Below, piece by piece: positions 32,414 through 44,657 of a DNA stretch of 50,535 nucleotides (the stretch's first letter is position 1; each line of letters starts with the position of its first letter). The stretch comes from Rozella allomycis CSF55 (Eukaryota). The DNA lies in assembly GCA_000442015.1 (NCBI GenBank), contig KE561190.1, positions 1-50,535 of the forward strand. The letters are read 5' to 3'. The position numbers were made by a program, and so were the translations under genes. The notes beneath the pieces are model-generated. The model worked only from the letters and a program-made list of their open reading frames with translations. It had not been told where the DNA came from and searched no databases.

Positions 32414-33804
32414 CTTAAATTTTAAGAATTTCGTATTGCTTTTAGACAGCACTTTGTTGAATAAAATTCTGAGCACTAGTTCATTTGGGGCTAGTGGTTA
32501 CCAAAGGTTTAAGGGTTTACGGCCGTTACCAAAAGATTGGCTCGTCGTTAATGTTTCGGTGCGAGAAATGGAAGCATTGAATATTACCAAAAACAATGAC
32601 TGCAGTATGAGAGACTTGAAGTGAAGAAGAAAAGTTACAATAGACGCTTTACTATTACAAATTAATAATTAAACAAAACCAGGTAAATAGAATCAATATT
32701 TGTTAAGTTAACTTTGAATTCATATTCCTAGTTTGTTAATTATAAAAAGACAGTTGGTTGGTAACTCGAAACAATTGTGACGAATGGCTCTTAGGAAATC
32801 GACTTGGTTGTTTGGGACATGCTCGTTTCTTCTACTTGAATAAGAATTAAATCTTAACGACTTAACAAATGTAAAATATTGATTTTATTTACAAGTAGAA
32901 GAAACAAGCATCACACATGTCAACTACTTTTCGGCTAATTCTAATAACCAACCAACTTTCTCCCACTGGATCCCTATGCTCTCCTCCTAAGACCAGTAGC
33001 ATCTGAGGTGTTGTTCCGAAACAACCAAGTCGATTTCCTAAGAGCCATTCCCGACATGTCTGAAGGTCTCCTAATAACTCAAAGTGAAAGCAGCATCCAC
33101 TGTTTTTTGGGTCTTTGCCTCCATGAGCTATAATATCTGTAATTATCATTTCCCGGGCAGTGGGACCCAGCATTTGAATTCGATTTTCATTCCAGTCAAT
33201 CACCAATAACGGGTCCCCGATAGGAATAGTTTCTAAGTACTCCAAGATGGTTTTCTGTGTTCTCTTGTCGAACTTTTCCAAAATTACTTCAAACGAGCTT
33301 TGAGTCATGATTTGTGGCTTATTAAAGTTTTAACCTACCTTCACCCCAAACCGTATGTAGGTCGGCGGTTGCATGTTGAAGGTGTTTCTAGAGCTAGAGT
33401 TAACTTGAGAGTTTAATGTGTTCAATGTGTTCAACTGATCAGTATGACGCATATTAAAGACTGAGATAAGTTATCGCCGGGGATCACTTATGTACCTTAA
33501 CCTTAATCAAGATCTAACTTTATTTAAATTTCAAGAATTTCCTAGACAGCAATAATCAATTGCAAGAGTCCATTTTGGCTACGTACACCGTGTTATTTGA
33601 AACGTTAAACCTAGGGAAGCCTTGGAAGGAAGAAATAGACATGCTCATGGCTCATTCCTACGCTCTTGAAGTTTTGAAGAAAAAATTTAATCATTAAATA
33701 AATTTCTTTAACTATTAAAAAAGTAGCACTTTAATCCCAGTTGAATTAAATTTTGAGCACTGGCTACCGAAGGTTTAAGGGTTTAGGGCCGTTAGCAAAG
33801 ATTG
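32414..33804. repeat. Two diverged direct copies of a repeat (~32414-32539 and ~33525-33804), probably a decayed transposon
   Basis: Shared blocks TTAAATTYAAGAATTTC..TAGACAGCA, GTTGAATWAAATTYTGAGCACT and GGYTACCRAAGGTTTAAGGGTTTASGGCCGTTA. Confidence 0.6.
32889..33308 (-). CDS. Hypothetical protein (139 aa) with an inverted partial copy at ~32782-32845
   Basis: ATG-initiated ORF. GAATGGCTCTTAGGAAATCGACTTGGTTGTTT and TTTCTTCTACTTG recur on the opposite strand just downstream. Confidence 0.4.
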   Translation of the reverse strand: MTQSSFEVILEKFDKRTQKTILEYLETIPIGDPLLVIDWNENRIQMLGPTAREMIITDIIAHGGKDPKNSGCCFHFELLGDLQTCREWLLGNRLGCFGTTPQMLLVLGGEHRDPVGESWLVIRISRKVVDMCDACFFYL

Positions 33805-34004
33805 TTGGCCAGTTCTTTTGCACAATATTTTTTGTTTTATACAGATTTATACATTGATTTATATCCATGACATTATATTTGAGTTCTTTTTTGTCACCGG
33901 CTTTCGGCTGAATTACAATTTTTGAAACAATCCCCATAAATTTCGAGTCTTCAAATCTGCTATTTGAAAATAGGCGGGACAACATTAGCTGCGCCATCCG
34001 CCGA

Positions 34005-37000
34005 ATGGTAATGCCCCAAACAAATTTTCATACATCATCTACTGATGTAGTGCCTAGCAGTAGTCCTCTAAGAAATGTGCTTGATGTATTTAACGAGCCA
34101 AGAGTCACTAGATGTCACATTTCCGAGCTGTCACAATTTGAAGGATTCTTTTCAGTGAGCGAGTCGCCAACGGACAAGGTTTCTGATTTGGAGATTGTAT
34201 TGAATCACTCTGCAAGCAGTGATTTGATGAGGCTGTGTGGTGGTGGAGATTTAGAGGAAAGTGTGAAAATGGCAATTTTGAATATATACAGGCCTGGAAT
34301 CGATGGGATAATGAATATGCCAAAGGAGGAAATGAATTTATGTTTGGTTAAGAATGCGTTGTATTTAAAGTCGATTGAAAGTTGGNGGTATTGAATCAAT
34401 CTACAAGCAGTGATTTGATGAGGCTGTGTGATGGAGATTTAGAAGAAAGTGTGAAACTGGCAATTTTGAACAGATATAGGCCTGGAATAGATGGGATAAT
34501 GAATATGCCAAAGGACGAAATGCATTTATGTTTGGTTAAGAATGCGTTGTATTTAAAGTCGATTGGAAGTTGGGATTTAAGGAGGCAATATGTGTTTGTA
34601 GATTCTTATTTGCAGATGATGCTTAATGAAAATGATTTTATCTATGACAAGAAAAATCAAATATGTTTGAGTTTGAATGAATACTTGAGAGTGTTTTGTG
34701 AAAGTTTGGTTAGAATTGAAATCTTTAGGGATGTTGTGAATGAATACATGAAAAATTTGGTTAAGCGATATAGAAATAGAGTGGCTGGACAATGGATTCT
34801 ATTTTTATTGATGATTTTTAAATATTCTATAATTGATTGTTTGAAAGTTAATGAGAATTTTCAACGATTGGTTGTTGAATACCTGAGTAGAGATTCTCAA
34901 GAAAATGAAGATTTGGTTATAGAAAGGATGCATAATGTTGTTTTTTTGAATGAAAATGTTATTGGAAATTTTATTTGGGAATCATTTAAGAGGCGGAATT
35001 TCAGGCCATTTAAAAGATCAATTGAAAACGCTTTAGATTTACATGAAAAATATTTAGAAAAGAATTCCAAACAGAAATCAATAATAAGTTCATTTTTGAG
35101 ACAAATCCCTGAAAGAATGGAAGAGTTTAACAATGAGAGCATTGAACAAGTTTTTAAGTTTATTTCAAAGGCTATAAAGTATGAAGATGAAAGCATTACA
35201 AGTATTTCTTGTAGAATTAAAATAAAATTTACATCAATCAAACTTGCTATTGAATTTTACTTCAATCTATTAAATTATTGGATTGAAAGGAAAGAAAAGC
35301 AGCCAAATCTAATTAAGAAAATTTTATCTTTTTATGAAAAAGTATTTAGAGATTTGGATGTTTCATTTGATATAAAGGAATTAATGTTGATTAAGATAAG
35401 ATCTGTTCTAAATTTAGAATGTGGCTGTTGCTATTTTATGACGCAACAACAAGAATTGATTCATCCAATATTGTTTAAAATAAATGAAAAAGATTTAGTT
35501 TTAGAAATTTGTTTAAATTTTCTTCAAAGTTTGATTTTGATGAAGAAAATAGTTGATGCTAAAAATAACTTTTCAATTGACAATCAAATTGAACAAGATT
35601 TAGAAGATGATTGGGATGACATTGAAATAGAAGATGAAAACAACAATTTTAATCAAGAAGATTTCAATAAATGTTATTCAGATTGTTTAAACATCTCCAA
35701 GGGTGAAATGTTGTCTTTTATTGAATCAAGCGTTTCTCTTCAAAGTAACAAAGCATGGGCGTGTCTTTTAAAGTTATTTGAACTCTTTGGTTCAGAGCAA
35801 GTAATTAAATCTTTCATTTATTATCTAGTTTATGAAAAATATTATTCAGAAACATTTGAATGCAAAATCTCTTTGTAATTCAACGTTGAATGAATGGAAC
35901 TCTGTTCTAGATCTTTTAAATAAATTCGAATATATTTTTCAGAGTCTAGACTGGCCAGATAGACTCTGTTTCTACATAATCTCTATAATGGAAAATCGGC
36001 CATTCAAAAATGCTAATTTAATGGTTGGTACCATTCCATTATTACATACAGATTCAATCAAAGATATCTTCCTTAAACTGAAACAAACAATTGACTCTGA
36101 AATGAACAATTACAATCTTTTTAACAGATTCAACCAAGCCTTGGTCCCAATAATTCATTTTCTAAATCTTAAAGATAATTCAATTTCAATAATTTCATTT
36201 CTACTTTCAAATTGTTTCTCCTTATTGTACAAACCAAATTCTATCAAAGCAATCCAAGTCATATTTCTTAAAAAGTAAGTTTCTATGTCTTCTTTTAGTT
36301 AGTAACACAAAATCATTATTCTACATCCCGCTACTTGAAGGAGTTGCCACTTGTTCAAATTCACCAGACCTTCAACTCTCCAACTACATTTCTGAATCTC
36401 TTGAATTTATTTTCACTCGGAAAAAATATGACATGCTTATTCCAATTCTTAAAAACAGTCAAACATTAAAGAAGTTTCTCATTTCTTATCTTTCCATTAA
36501 ACCCATCACCCCTGCTCATTTTGGTCTATTGTCATCAATTATAAAATCAGAATTCCAAGATTTCAATTTGATAATTGAATACTTTAACCAGATTATTAGG
36601 ATTTGTTACATCCATGCGTTACAGTCAAATAATGCTTTGATCAATTGTAAATCAATGTTCCTATTAGTAGCGGACACATTTGATTATCTGATTCCTTTCA
36701 TTTCAGATTTATTCTACGTCAAAAGTAATCCAACGCTAAGTCTTAACATAGAAATCCTTGTAACATTCAACGTTGAGATGTTGTTTGAATTGATATCAAA
36801 ATACATTTCCATCTGTCTTTATTCAACAGCAAGAGAATACAGAAAATACAATCATTTATCATTCAAGGTCACCGAGATTATCTCTCAACTAGAAAACTTC
36901 AACAGAAGAACAAACCAAACAACCCTTCCACCTAATTTCCCTCAAGTAATTCAACTAAATATCTAAAATAGTGTACAGTAGAAGATGCTCTAAACAGCTG

Positions 37001-37118
37001 CAACAAAATTCTCTCGAGGATAAGGGACAAGAATATTTGGAATCCAGATTTAATACACATCGCACACACTCTTCTCCCAATTATATCTTATTTTCATAAA
37101 ACAGATAAATTATTATAG
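34005..37118 (+). CDS. Large helical-solenoid-like hypothetical protein (allele duplication at N 34386)
   Basis: The ORFs at 34005/34382, 35832 and 36433 join via short GT-AG introns to TAG at 37116-37118. Leu/Ile/Phe-rich; no family recognised. Confidence 0.65.
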
Positions 37119-37184
37119 AATATACGTGGTTTTTTTAGAATATAGATTCGACTATTTATACACATTGTACAAGCCACATCGGCC

Positions 37185-37679
37185 ATGGCAGAGACGACTG
37201 CATTTTTGTTTTTAAACTCTGTAACATTGTTATCATGGACATGTTTTCTAATCCATTCCATTCATTTCAATATTTTCGATGCATACCAACATTATCTTTA
37301 TGAAGAACACACCCCAATCATGCTGTCAACGATACTTTTCTGCATGACTGTCCCCATAATCAACTTCATTGTACATTATTCAAAAAGACTGAATGTTTAT
37401 AGAGCCTCCATCACTTTTAATATCTTGATTCTCCTGCTGCACAACTTTTTTTGGAAGTACATCCACGATCTCGTGTTTTGGATCGGCACTGGAATGTGTC
37501 CGCTGCAAGATTTGGTAATTCCCGCTATTCTCTCTACGATATCTCTAATTTTTCACTGGTTTACGGTTTTCGCCATGTATGTCTGTTATAGGCGGAGGAA
37601 AATGCAAGCGTCGTTGGTTATACCGCTGTGCATGACTTTGGATACAGAAATTGAAAATGTATTGACAATTAAAGGTTGA
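37185..37679 (+). CDS. Small four-pass membrane protein, hypothetical
   Basis: 164-aa ORF with four hydrophobic segments and a basic stop-transfer (YRRRK). Confidence 0.65.
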   Translation: MAETTAFLFLNSVTLLSWTCFLIHSIHFNIFDAYQHYLYEEHTPIMLSTILFCMTVPIINFIVHYSKRLNVYRASITFNILILLLHNFFWKYIHDLVFWIGTGMCPLQDLVIPAILSTISLIFHWFTVFAMYVCYRRRKMQASLVIPLCMTLDTEIENVLTIKG

Positions 37680-38089
37680 GTTTCAAAGTGATTTTGAAAT
37701 AATCGAATGCTATGAATGTACTGTGTTGGTTCCTGTAGTCTCAAAGTAGGCATTAAATAAAAATATCATCAACAATTATATATTTTCGCGTGTTTAAATA
37801 TTTTCTTAACTTGGGAATACATCCTTTCTGAGAATAGTTTAACTACCTTTGTTTGCAACGCCGCCAACGCGAGTCGCGACATCTCATTGTTAAGCCCAGA
37901 GAGGGACCCGTCGGCCAATCATAGTTAGAGCAGTCGAGACATTACTCGGCTAGCTATTGATTCTAGTTAGTTTTCAGGGAATTCGGATTGATTCAAAGGA
38001 TAAAATCCAGACAAAAGGGTGATTGAAATAAAGAGCCCAGAGGTTAATCAATGATGTAGAAAATAATAAAATTGTAGTAGTTCTTCCAT

Positions 38090-41047
38090 TTATTCATTTA
38101 GTTCCTTTTTTATTGGTGGCAAATGTTGTTTTGGTGGTTTTTTACATGTGCTGGATGTGCTTGACGAGCTTTCACTTTTGCTGCTAGGTAGCTGAGAAGA
38201 TTTGATATGTCCGGCTTTGCCTGTTACATAGTTTGACGACGAAACCGCTGAAGAAGAAGGGCTCTTTACTAGGCGACTAGTGTTATCACTTGACTTTAGA
38301 TCTTCGTCACTTGTTTTTAGTTTCGATGTTTTCTCCTTCAATGGTTGCAAGTGACCTGTTGGGCCTGCACTTTTCCCCCTAGACTGCTTAGAACTCAATG
38401 GCACAGTCATGCTACTTGTTGTGTATGAATTGGCAGTGTTCAAACTTGTCAATGAATTTCTACTGCTTAGTTTTGTCGTCGAGGACGTTATTGTCGTCAA
38501 TTTGGTTTGAGAGTTATTCTTAGAGGATCGTCCTCCCTTTGATAATGGCTTTAAGTTTGATGTGCCGCTGGTTTTGGCTCCACTCCACTTGTCTTTTAAT
38601 TTCTTTGCAAAATCGCTTCTCGCGTCATCCGCTTCCTTTTTACGATGAGAATCTTCCTGTTCCATGTCATTCATTCGTTGTTTTTCTTCATACTCTTCCT
38701 TCTCCATGTCTTTCATTTCATCATCAGATAGATTGATATTCTCGTTATTTACAGACACTATACTCGATCGCGTTGAAGATATTGTTTCAATGCCAATACT
38801 TAGAAGATGCGAAGCTTTTATACGAATTTGTTGATCGTCATCTTGACTTAGTCTATGAAGGGCTTCATTCCATCGTGAGACCAAAGGGCTGTCTTTAGTA
38901 CATCCGTTTAAACATTTTTTAGACCCATCAGCAAGTTCCAAAAATTTCATTCGAACATTGTATACAGGATCTCGATGAAGTTCCAATAAATCAAGCATCA
39001 CATTATCCTTAAAGTATTTTCGAGAAAATGTTTCTTGCATTACGTGGACATATTCCAAATATAACATCCTATGGTAACTACTCTGAGATCTTCCAAGTTC
39101 TGGTTATAAAAATGAATCTAATTCACCTTGAGTAATTATCCTCATCAAAACATCTCTGTTATCAAAGCCTCTTAAAAATTTTATGTAGTATACAATTGTT
39201 TTTATACTTTCTTTTGCGAGGGGTCGTAGGGAATCCTAGTATGAAAGGTTTTCTATTGACATACTCTGGAAACGGCTATTGGAATCAAAACTTTGGCGCA
39301 AAACTCAAATACAATCTCGGAATCGAAGAAATGGACCAAAAATTTGACGCCTTTTAGAACTTCAACTTGCTTACGCCATTTTTCATCTTTGAATTTTATC
39401 GGCAAACTTGACACACATTTAAATAACTCCATCGGCAGGTCTTCATCGTCATTTTTCAACTTTTCAAACGTAATATAGCAATTGGCCAAAGCGCTGATAA
39501 CTACATCGATATCATTATCATCAAGCAACTTTAGAAACGCTTCCGTCAAATATCGAGGGGCTTGCCTAGCTAATATAATAGCTATCTTGCTATTAAGAAT
39601 ATTTTTATGATATTACGTCATGTATTGAAGAGGCTAGTGTCATTTTAACGCCCGAAGAATCGTCGTCACAAAATGATTGCAATATTTCATGCAAGTGGTT
39701 TTCTTCATATCGAAGACCTGCTACAGCAACAACAGCCTATTCTAAATTTGTTGATTTTTTACAGGGAAATTATACACGGCACTTAAACGAAGCGATTCGT
39801 CTTCACTTTTAGAATACTCCATGAACTTGCGCATAACCAGATCCATTTCTTCTGCATCTAAAATATCTACATGCAATGATAAAGTGCGTAGTACCTTTAA
39901 AGCTCCATAAATATTTTCCGAATTTCGCAGCAATGACTTGTTCAATGGAGTCGGAATGATGTTCTTCAATTACTTGTTTCCAATAGGGCCAAACAATATC
40001 TTCTTTAGTTTCTTGATCCAAAAATTCCAGTAATTCGGCAAAATTTGTTATTGCTGCTATTCTTACGTCTTCATATTCGTCGACAAGTAGTTCCATGTAG
40101 TCATCTATTAAATCTGACTTTGTTCCCATCAGACTTTATCAAATTTAGAGTCACTGTTTTACCCTATGCCCCTGGCTATGCTATTCATTTGAGCGCACAT
40201 GCACGATCGAACTTCATGATCTGTGTCTTGTGATAACGCGATAGCCTTCTTCAAAAAACCATCTTCAATTCTTATTGTTGTCAGAACATTATTTTACCGC
40301 TTCGATGGTAAAAGAGAAGCTAAACTTCCAATCGCCCTACAACACCATCTCCTAGATGCAACTGGCTGTGCGATTCCTCCAAATATCAAAGCTTCGGGCA
40401 AAACCATTTTGCATATTAATAGTAATCTTACTTCATTCTCTAGTGTGTCCGTTCCCAAATAAGGATAAACAGAGAGCATAATGTCTTGCCACTCTGCTTT
40501 GAAATATTCCATTCATTTACCTTCCGAATCTACCTGGAATATTTTCTTTAAACATGGAAATAATGAATGCTGGATAAATGACTTTGGAACGAGATTTGTT
40601 TTAATTAATTCTTGAATTGCTTTGCCAAATGCAAGTTGAAATTGCGGGCCTTCTATATAAACGTGTTTCTTGTAACGAGAATCTATCAGAATTACTATCG
40701 CCTCGGGGAAAAATCTTTGGATTGATTCTTGTGGATACTCTTCCAATAATTTTTCCATACTGTTAAGTATGCTTAATTTTTGAACATTGACACCCCGCCT
40801 GAATATTTTGAAATATAGTTGCTACTTTAATAAATGTAATGCACGATCAACATCATTCAATGATTCATCTACGAGAAATTTTTCTATTTCTTCCTTTGTC
40901 TAAATGTAATTTCTCCGTAATGTGTACTTTTTGTGTTTTCAAAGCTTTTGATTCATCAATACCTTTAATTTCGTCTTCCAGATCTTCTGTTGAAATATCG
41001 AGAGCATTTTCCCAGTCGCTAAATTCCCACGAGAAATCTGAACTCAT
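38090..41047 (-). CDS. PPP4R4: HEAT-repeat protein phosphatase 4 regulatory subunit 4-like
   Basis: Spliced N-terminus LKTQK-TKEEIEKFLVDESLNDVDRALHLL and QDTDHEVRSCMCAQM resemble PP4R4 as I recall it (LKTPEEIERLTVDEDLSDIERA; QDVEYEVRSCMCRQL). HEAT repeats, then a Ser/Lys-rich tail. Confidence 0.8.
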
Positions 41048-41178
41048 GGATTGGCCACAATTTTCTCCGTTTGTCTCACGTAACCAGGTTTATAAATGGC
41101 ACAATTATTGAGGCGTAAAATTTAATTTATATTAAATATACTAATACTATTATATTTAAGAATATATTTTCAAGCCTT

Positions 41179-41920
41179 TTATTTTGTTTTTGTTTTTGTA
41201 TCCGAGTTGGAAGATGAAAAAATGTTTGCTAAACTTTGCGAAATATCAATATTTAAGTTTTGAGTATCTTTTTGTTTTTTACGCATTTCCGCTAGATCTT
41301 CTGGATCTAAAATAATGAAATGACTATTTTTTTACCCAATGAATTCATTAGTTTCGGCATCAAGTACATTGCACCAACACTAAATAGAGTCATTAAGATC
41401 ATTGGATTCATTAAGAATGAAAGAAAGCCAAAAGAAGATTGTTGCTAATGATACTCTTAAAAAAGGTAAAATACCTCTTGATAAATTTTCTTAGATAAGG
41501 GTTTGATGGAATAATTCTCACTTCCAATTATATCGCAGGTAAAGGTGTCAAGATCAATGTCTAAACTCGGAAGTGGACATATAACAAAACTATTATTGTG
41601 ACTTTGAACATAATACTATAATACTGCAGAGAATTATTAATTACAGAGCTAAATTCGTAAAATCTGGAAAACACACCAAGAACAGAGGGATTTTGAATGT
41701 CTACATGTTTGATCTGAAATTTTCCTTTGTGATCAATGTAGGCAGATTTCTTTGATGTCCCGGACTTAATATAAACGTGGGCATCGCTTCCTAAATCCTT
41801 TGTATCTACTTAGCAGAGTTTTGTCTCATTACCTTTCAATAAATCTGATAGCTCTATTCGCCCATCAATATTCAAGGCATTGGCAAAAAATATCATTGGT
41901 AAGTATACAAAGATTTTCAT
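41179..41920 (-). CDS. EMC7: ER membrane protein complex subunit 7-like (absent from the ORF track)
   Basis: Signal peptide MKIFVYLPMIFFANA and C-terminal FLSFLMNPMILMTLFSVGAMYLMPKLMNSLDPEDLAEMR; four GT-AG introns. Confidence 0.75.
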
Positions 41921-42427
41921 ACGATTTAAGTTTTCTGAAAAGTAGGAAAGGAAAAGGTCAAAAGGAATGAAATTTATTTTTCAAAAAAGAATGTTAGCCT
42001 GAAACATTCGAGCAGACAATTGTCATCAAGATTATAAATATAAATATCAGCAGTTTTTTGTTCTAGCTCAGCAGAAACCTTTACGCGAAAACTAATGTAG
42101 GCGCTTTCATTTGGGCCTAAAGATACTTGCTGGGATTTAAATATTATAGTCTCCTTTAAGTCAGTGTTTAACGAAAGGTTTAGAAACTTCTCAGTCTTAT
42201 TGTGATAAATAACTTTCTAGCATGATTTTCAAACAAAGGTTTTNCCTCATTAGAGTTTTGTCTCATTACCTTTCAATAAATCTGATAGTTCTATTCGCCC
42301 ATTAATATTCAAGGCATTGGCAAAGAATATCATTGGTAAGTATACATAGAATTTCATACGATTTAAGATTTTTCTGAAAGTAGGAAAGGAAAAGGTCAAA
42401 AGGAATGAAATTTATTTTTCAAAAAAN

Positions 42428-43768
42428 GATAGCGTGTGTCTACATGTGCATATTTTATAGGAATACCTATGATGTTATATTTATTGATCAGATTTCTTAC
42501 AGTATTCCATTTTTCAAGCTGTTTTGTAAAACCAAGATTGNCATATCATGTATCTACATGTGCATATTTTATAGGAATACCTATGATATTATATTTATTG
42601 ATCAGATTTCTTACAGTATTCCAATTTTCAAGTTGTTTTGTAAAGCCAAGATTGTGTATTATTGCCATTTTCCTGATCAGCTTTTGACCAAAAGGGAAAC
42701 GTTCGTAAAGAAGATCTATCGTTTTGTTTTCGACTATTTAGAAGAAATGACGACTGGTAAAACGTCTGATTTTAATTTTCAGGGTGTGCTGATTTGATTT
42801 TGGTTAATAGCAAGTTTACACTTGATGTCTTTAAGAAAACCTTTACTAGAATAGAAAAGNGAAGAAGATCTATCGTTTTGTTTTCGACTATTTAGAAGAA
42901 TTGACGACTGGTAATACGTCTGATTTTAATTTTCTTTTCAGGGTGTGCTGATTTGATTTTGGTTAATAGCCAGTTTACACTTGATGTCTTTAAGAAAACC
43001 TTTACTAGGATAGAAAAGGAACCATTTATATTGTACCCTTCGATTGATATTCAATCTTACCCTTGCCATGAAGATTGTAAAATATTTAAGAATAGAAAAG
43101 TGGTCTTGTCGATAAACAGGTTTGAAAGGAAAAAGAACATTTCTTTAGCCATTGGTTCTTTTTCGATGATCGATGAAAAGTTATTAAATGACAAGAACCC
43201 GTTGCTTGTAATTGCTGGCGGGTATGATGAAAGACTTTGTGAGAATGTGGAATATTTTAGTGAGCTGTACGATAAATGCTCAAAGCATGGCCTTCATCCT
43301 GTGATATACTCGGAGCAAGAATTTAAAACACTCTCTACGTTTCAAAGAATCAATAAATTGGAGGCCATCGCACCCACAAATAGGGTGTTGCTCATTCCGT
43401 CATTTTCCAAAGAATGTCGAGATCTGTTGCTTCAAAACGCCACCGTTTTGATTTACACTCCTGAAAATGAACATTTTGGAATTGTTCCAATTGAAGCAAT
43501 GTGCTCTGAAATTCCCGTAATTGCATTAAATTCAGGTGGACCAAAAGAATCAATAGTAGACGGTATAACTGGGTTTTTGGCTCATCAAAATGAAAAGGCC
43601 ATTGCTGAAAAAATAAATCTTTTATTGTCGAATGAGAAATTGCAACGGGAAATGGGAAGAAAAGGACGTGAGAGAGTGAATAATTTGTTTTCTTTAAAGT
43701 CTTTTGCTAAAATGCTTGAATCATTCATTGAAGGATTAAATAACCACAATAAAGTTAAAAATAAATAA
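42428..43768 (+). CDS. ALG2: Alpha-1,3/1,6-mannosyltransferase ALG2, 5' part missing at the N join
   Basis: [42 protein letters not shown] and [16 protein letters not shown]; allele duplicates at N 42541 and 42860. Confidence 0.93.
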
Positions 43769-43781
43769 ATGAAAGATTTTA

Positions 43782-44620
43782 TTATCGTGATTCCTTGAAA
43801 TACCCGTATCGTCGCCTAAATTCGTCATAATTTGCCTTGTTCTCTCCATACGACATTTCCAACTCTTTTGTTATTCCTATTACGTAAAGCTAAACTTAAT
43901 TACTTCGCAGGAATGTTTCATTGCTTTTCAAATATTCGTACATATGTGGAACATCCTTCATTCTTGCAAATAATTCAAAATCTACCACTTGGTTTGTCAG
44001 CATTAAAGCGGCCCATGCAACATGTAATGGTTCATATTGCAAACAAAACAGGGTATTCAAGTATGAATCTGAAATGACACACCAAACTGTTTGAGCAACT
44101 AACTTTGGAGCTACACTAAAACAAACATTCTAATTTTACTTTCAAGTATTTTGCAAAAATTTATAGCAATCGGATATGGATGCTCAATAATTAGTTCAAA
44201 TTTAATAGATTTTAGGGCGCATGTCTCAAGTTGCAAAATTCTATCATGCACCTTGATAAACTCTTCTTTGTCAGGAGTAATATTTGTATCATTCTTTATA
44301 TTTCTATAATATATCATCATGATTTCTTTTAATTTTTTGGGTGTTTCTTCTATTTTGGCTGCCAAAAAGAAGCAAGTCATTGTCACATCTTCGATAGAGT
44401 GTTCTTGAATAGCATATTTTAAATGAAAACGTTGCATTATATATATTGCCGTAGCTATAACACTTTGTGGTAGGTGTAATAACACTCCCAACTTTTGTAT
44501 TGAAGATGCACGTTTTTGACGCTCTTCTAATTCATCGCCAAAACTTATAGGAGAAGAAGAGTGGAGAACAGATGGGGAAGCATCTTGTATCTCTTTAATA
44601 GTCTTTAAATTTTCTACCAT
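43782..44620 (-). CDS. Transcriptional cyclin (cyclin T/K/L family)
   Basis: ASPS..., LHLPQSVIATAIYIMQRF, FFLAAKIEETPKKLKEI and FELIIEHPY; two GT-AG introns. Confidence 0.88.
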
Positions 44621-44657
44621 TATTTTATGAATTTTCACAAAAGGCTCTAATAAGAAT

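Noticed and set aside
33772..33788. Telomere-like GGTTTAAGGGTTTAGGG
   Set aside because: Only two imperfect units, inside the dispersed repeat also found at ~32505.
42245..42426. Second copy of the EMC7 5' end, apparently fused to ALG2 (ORF 42405)
   Set aside because: Bounded by Ns at 42244 and 42427; an allelic contig, so the fusion is an artefact.
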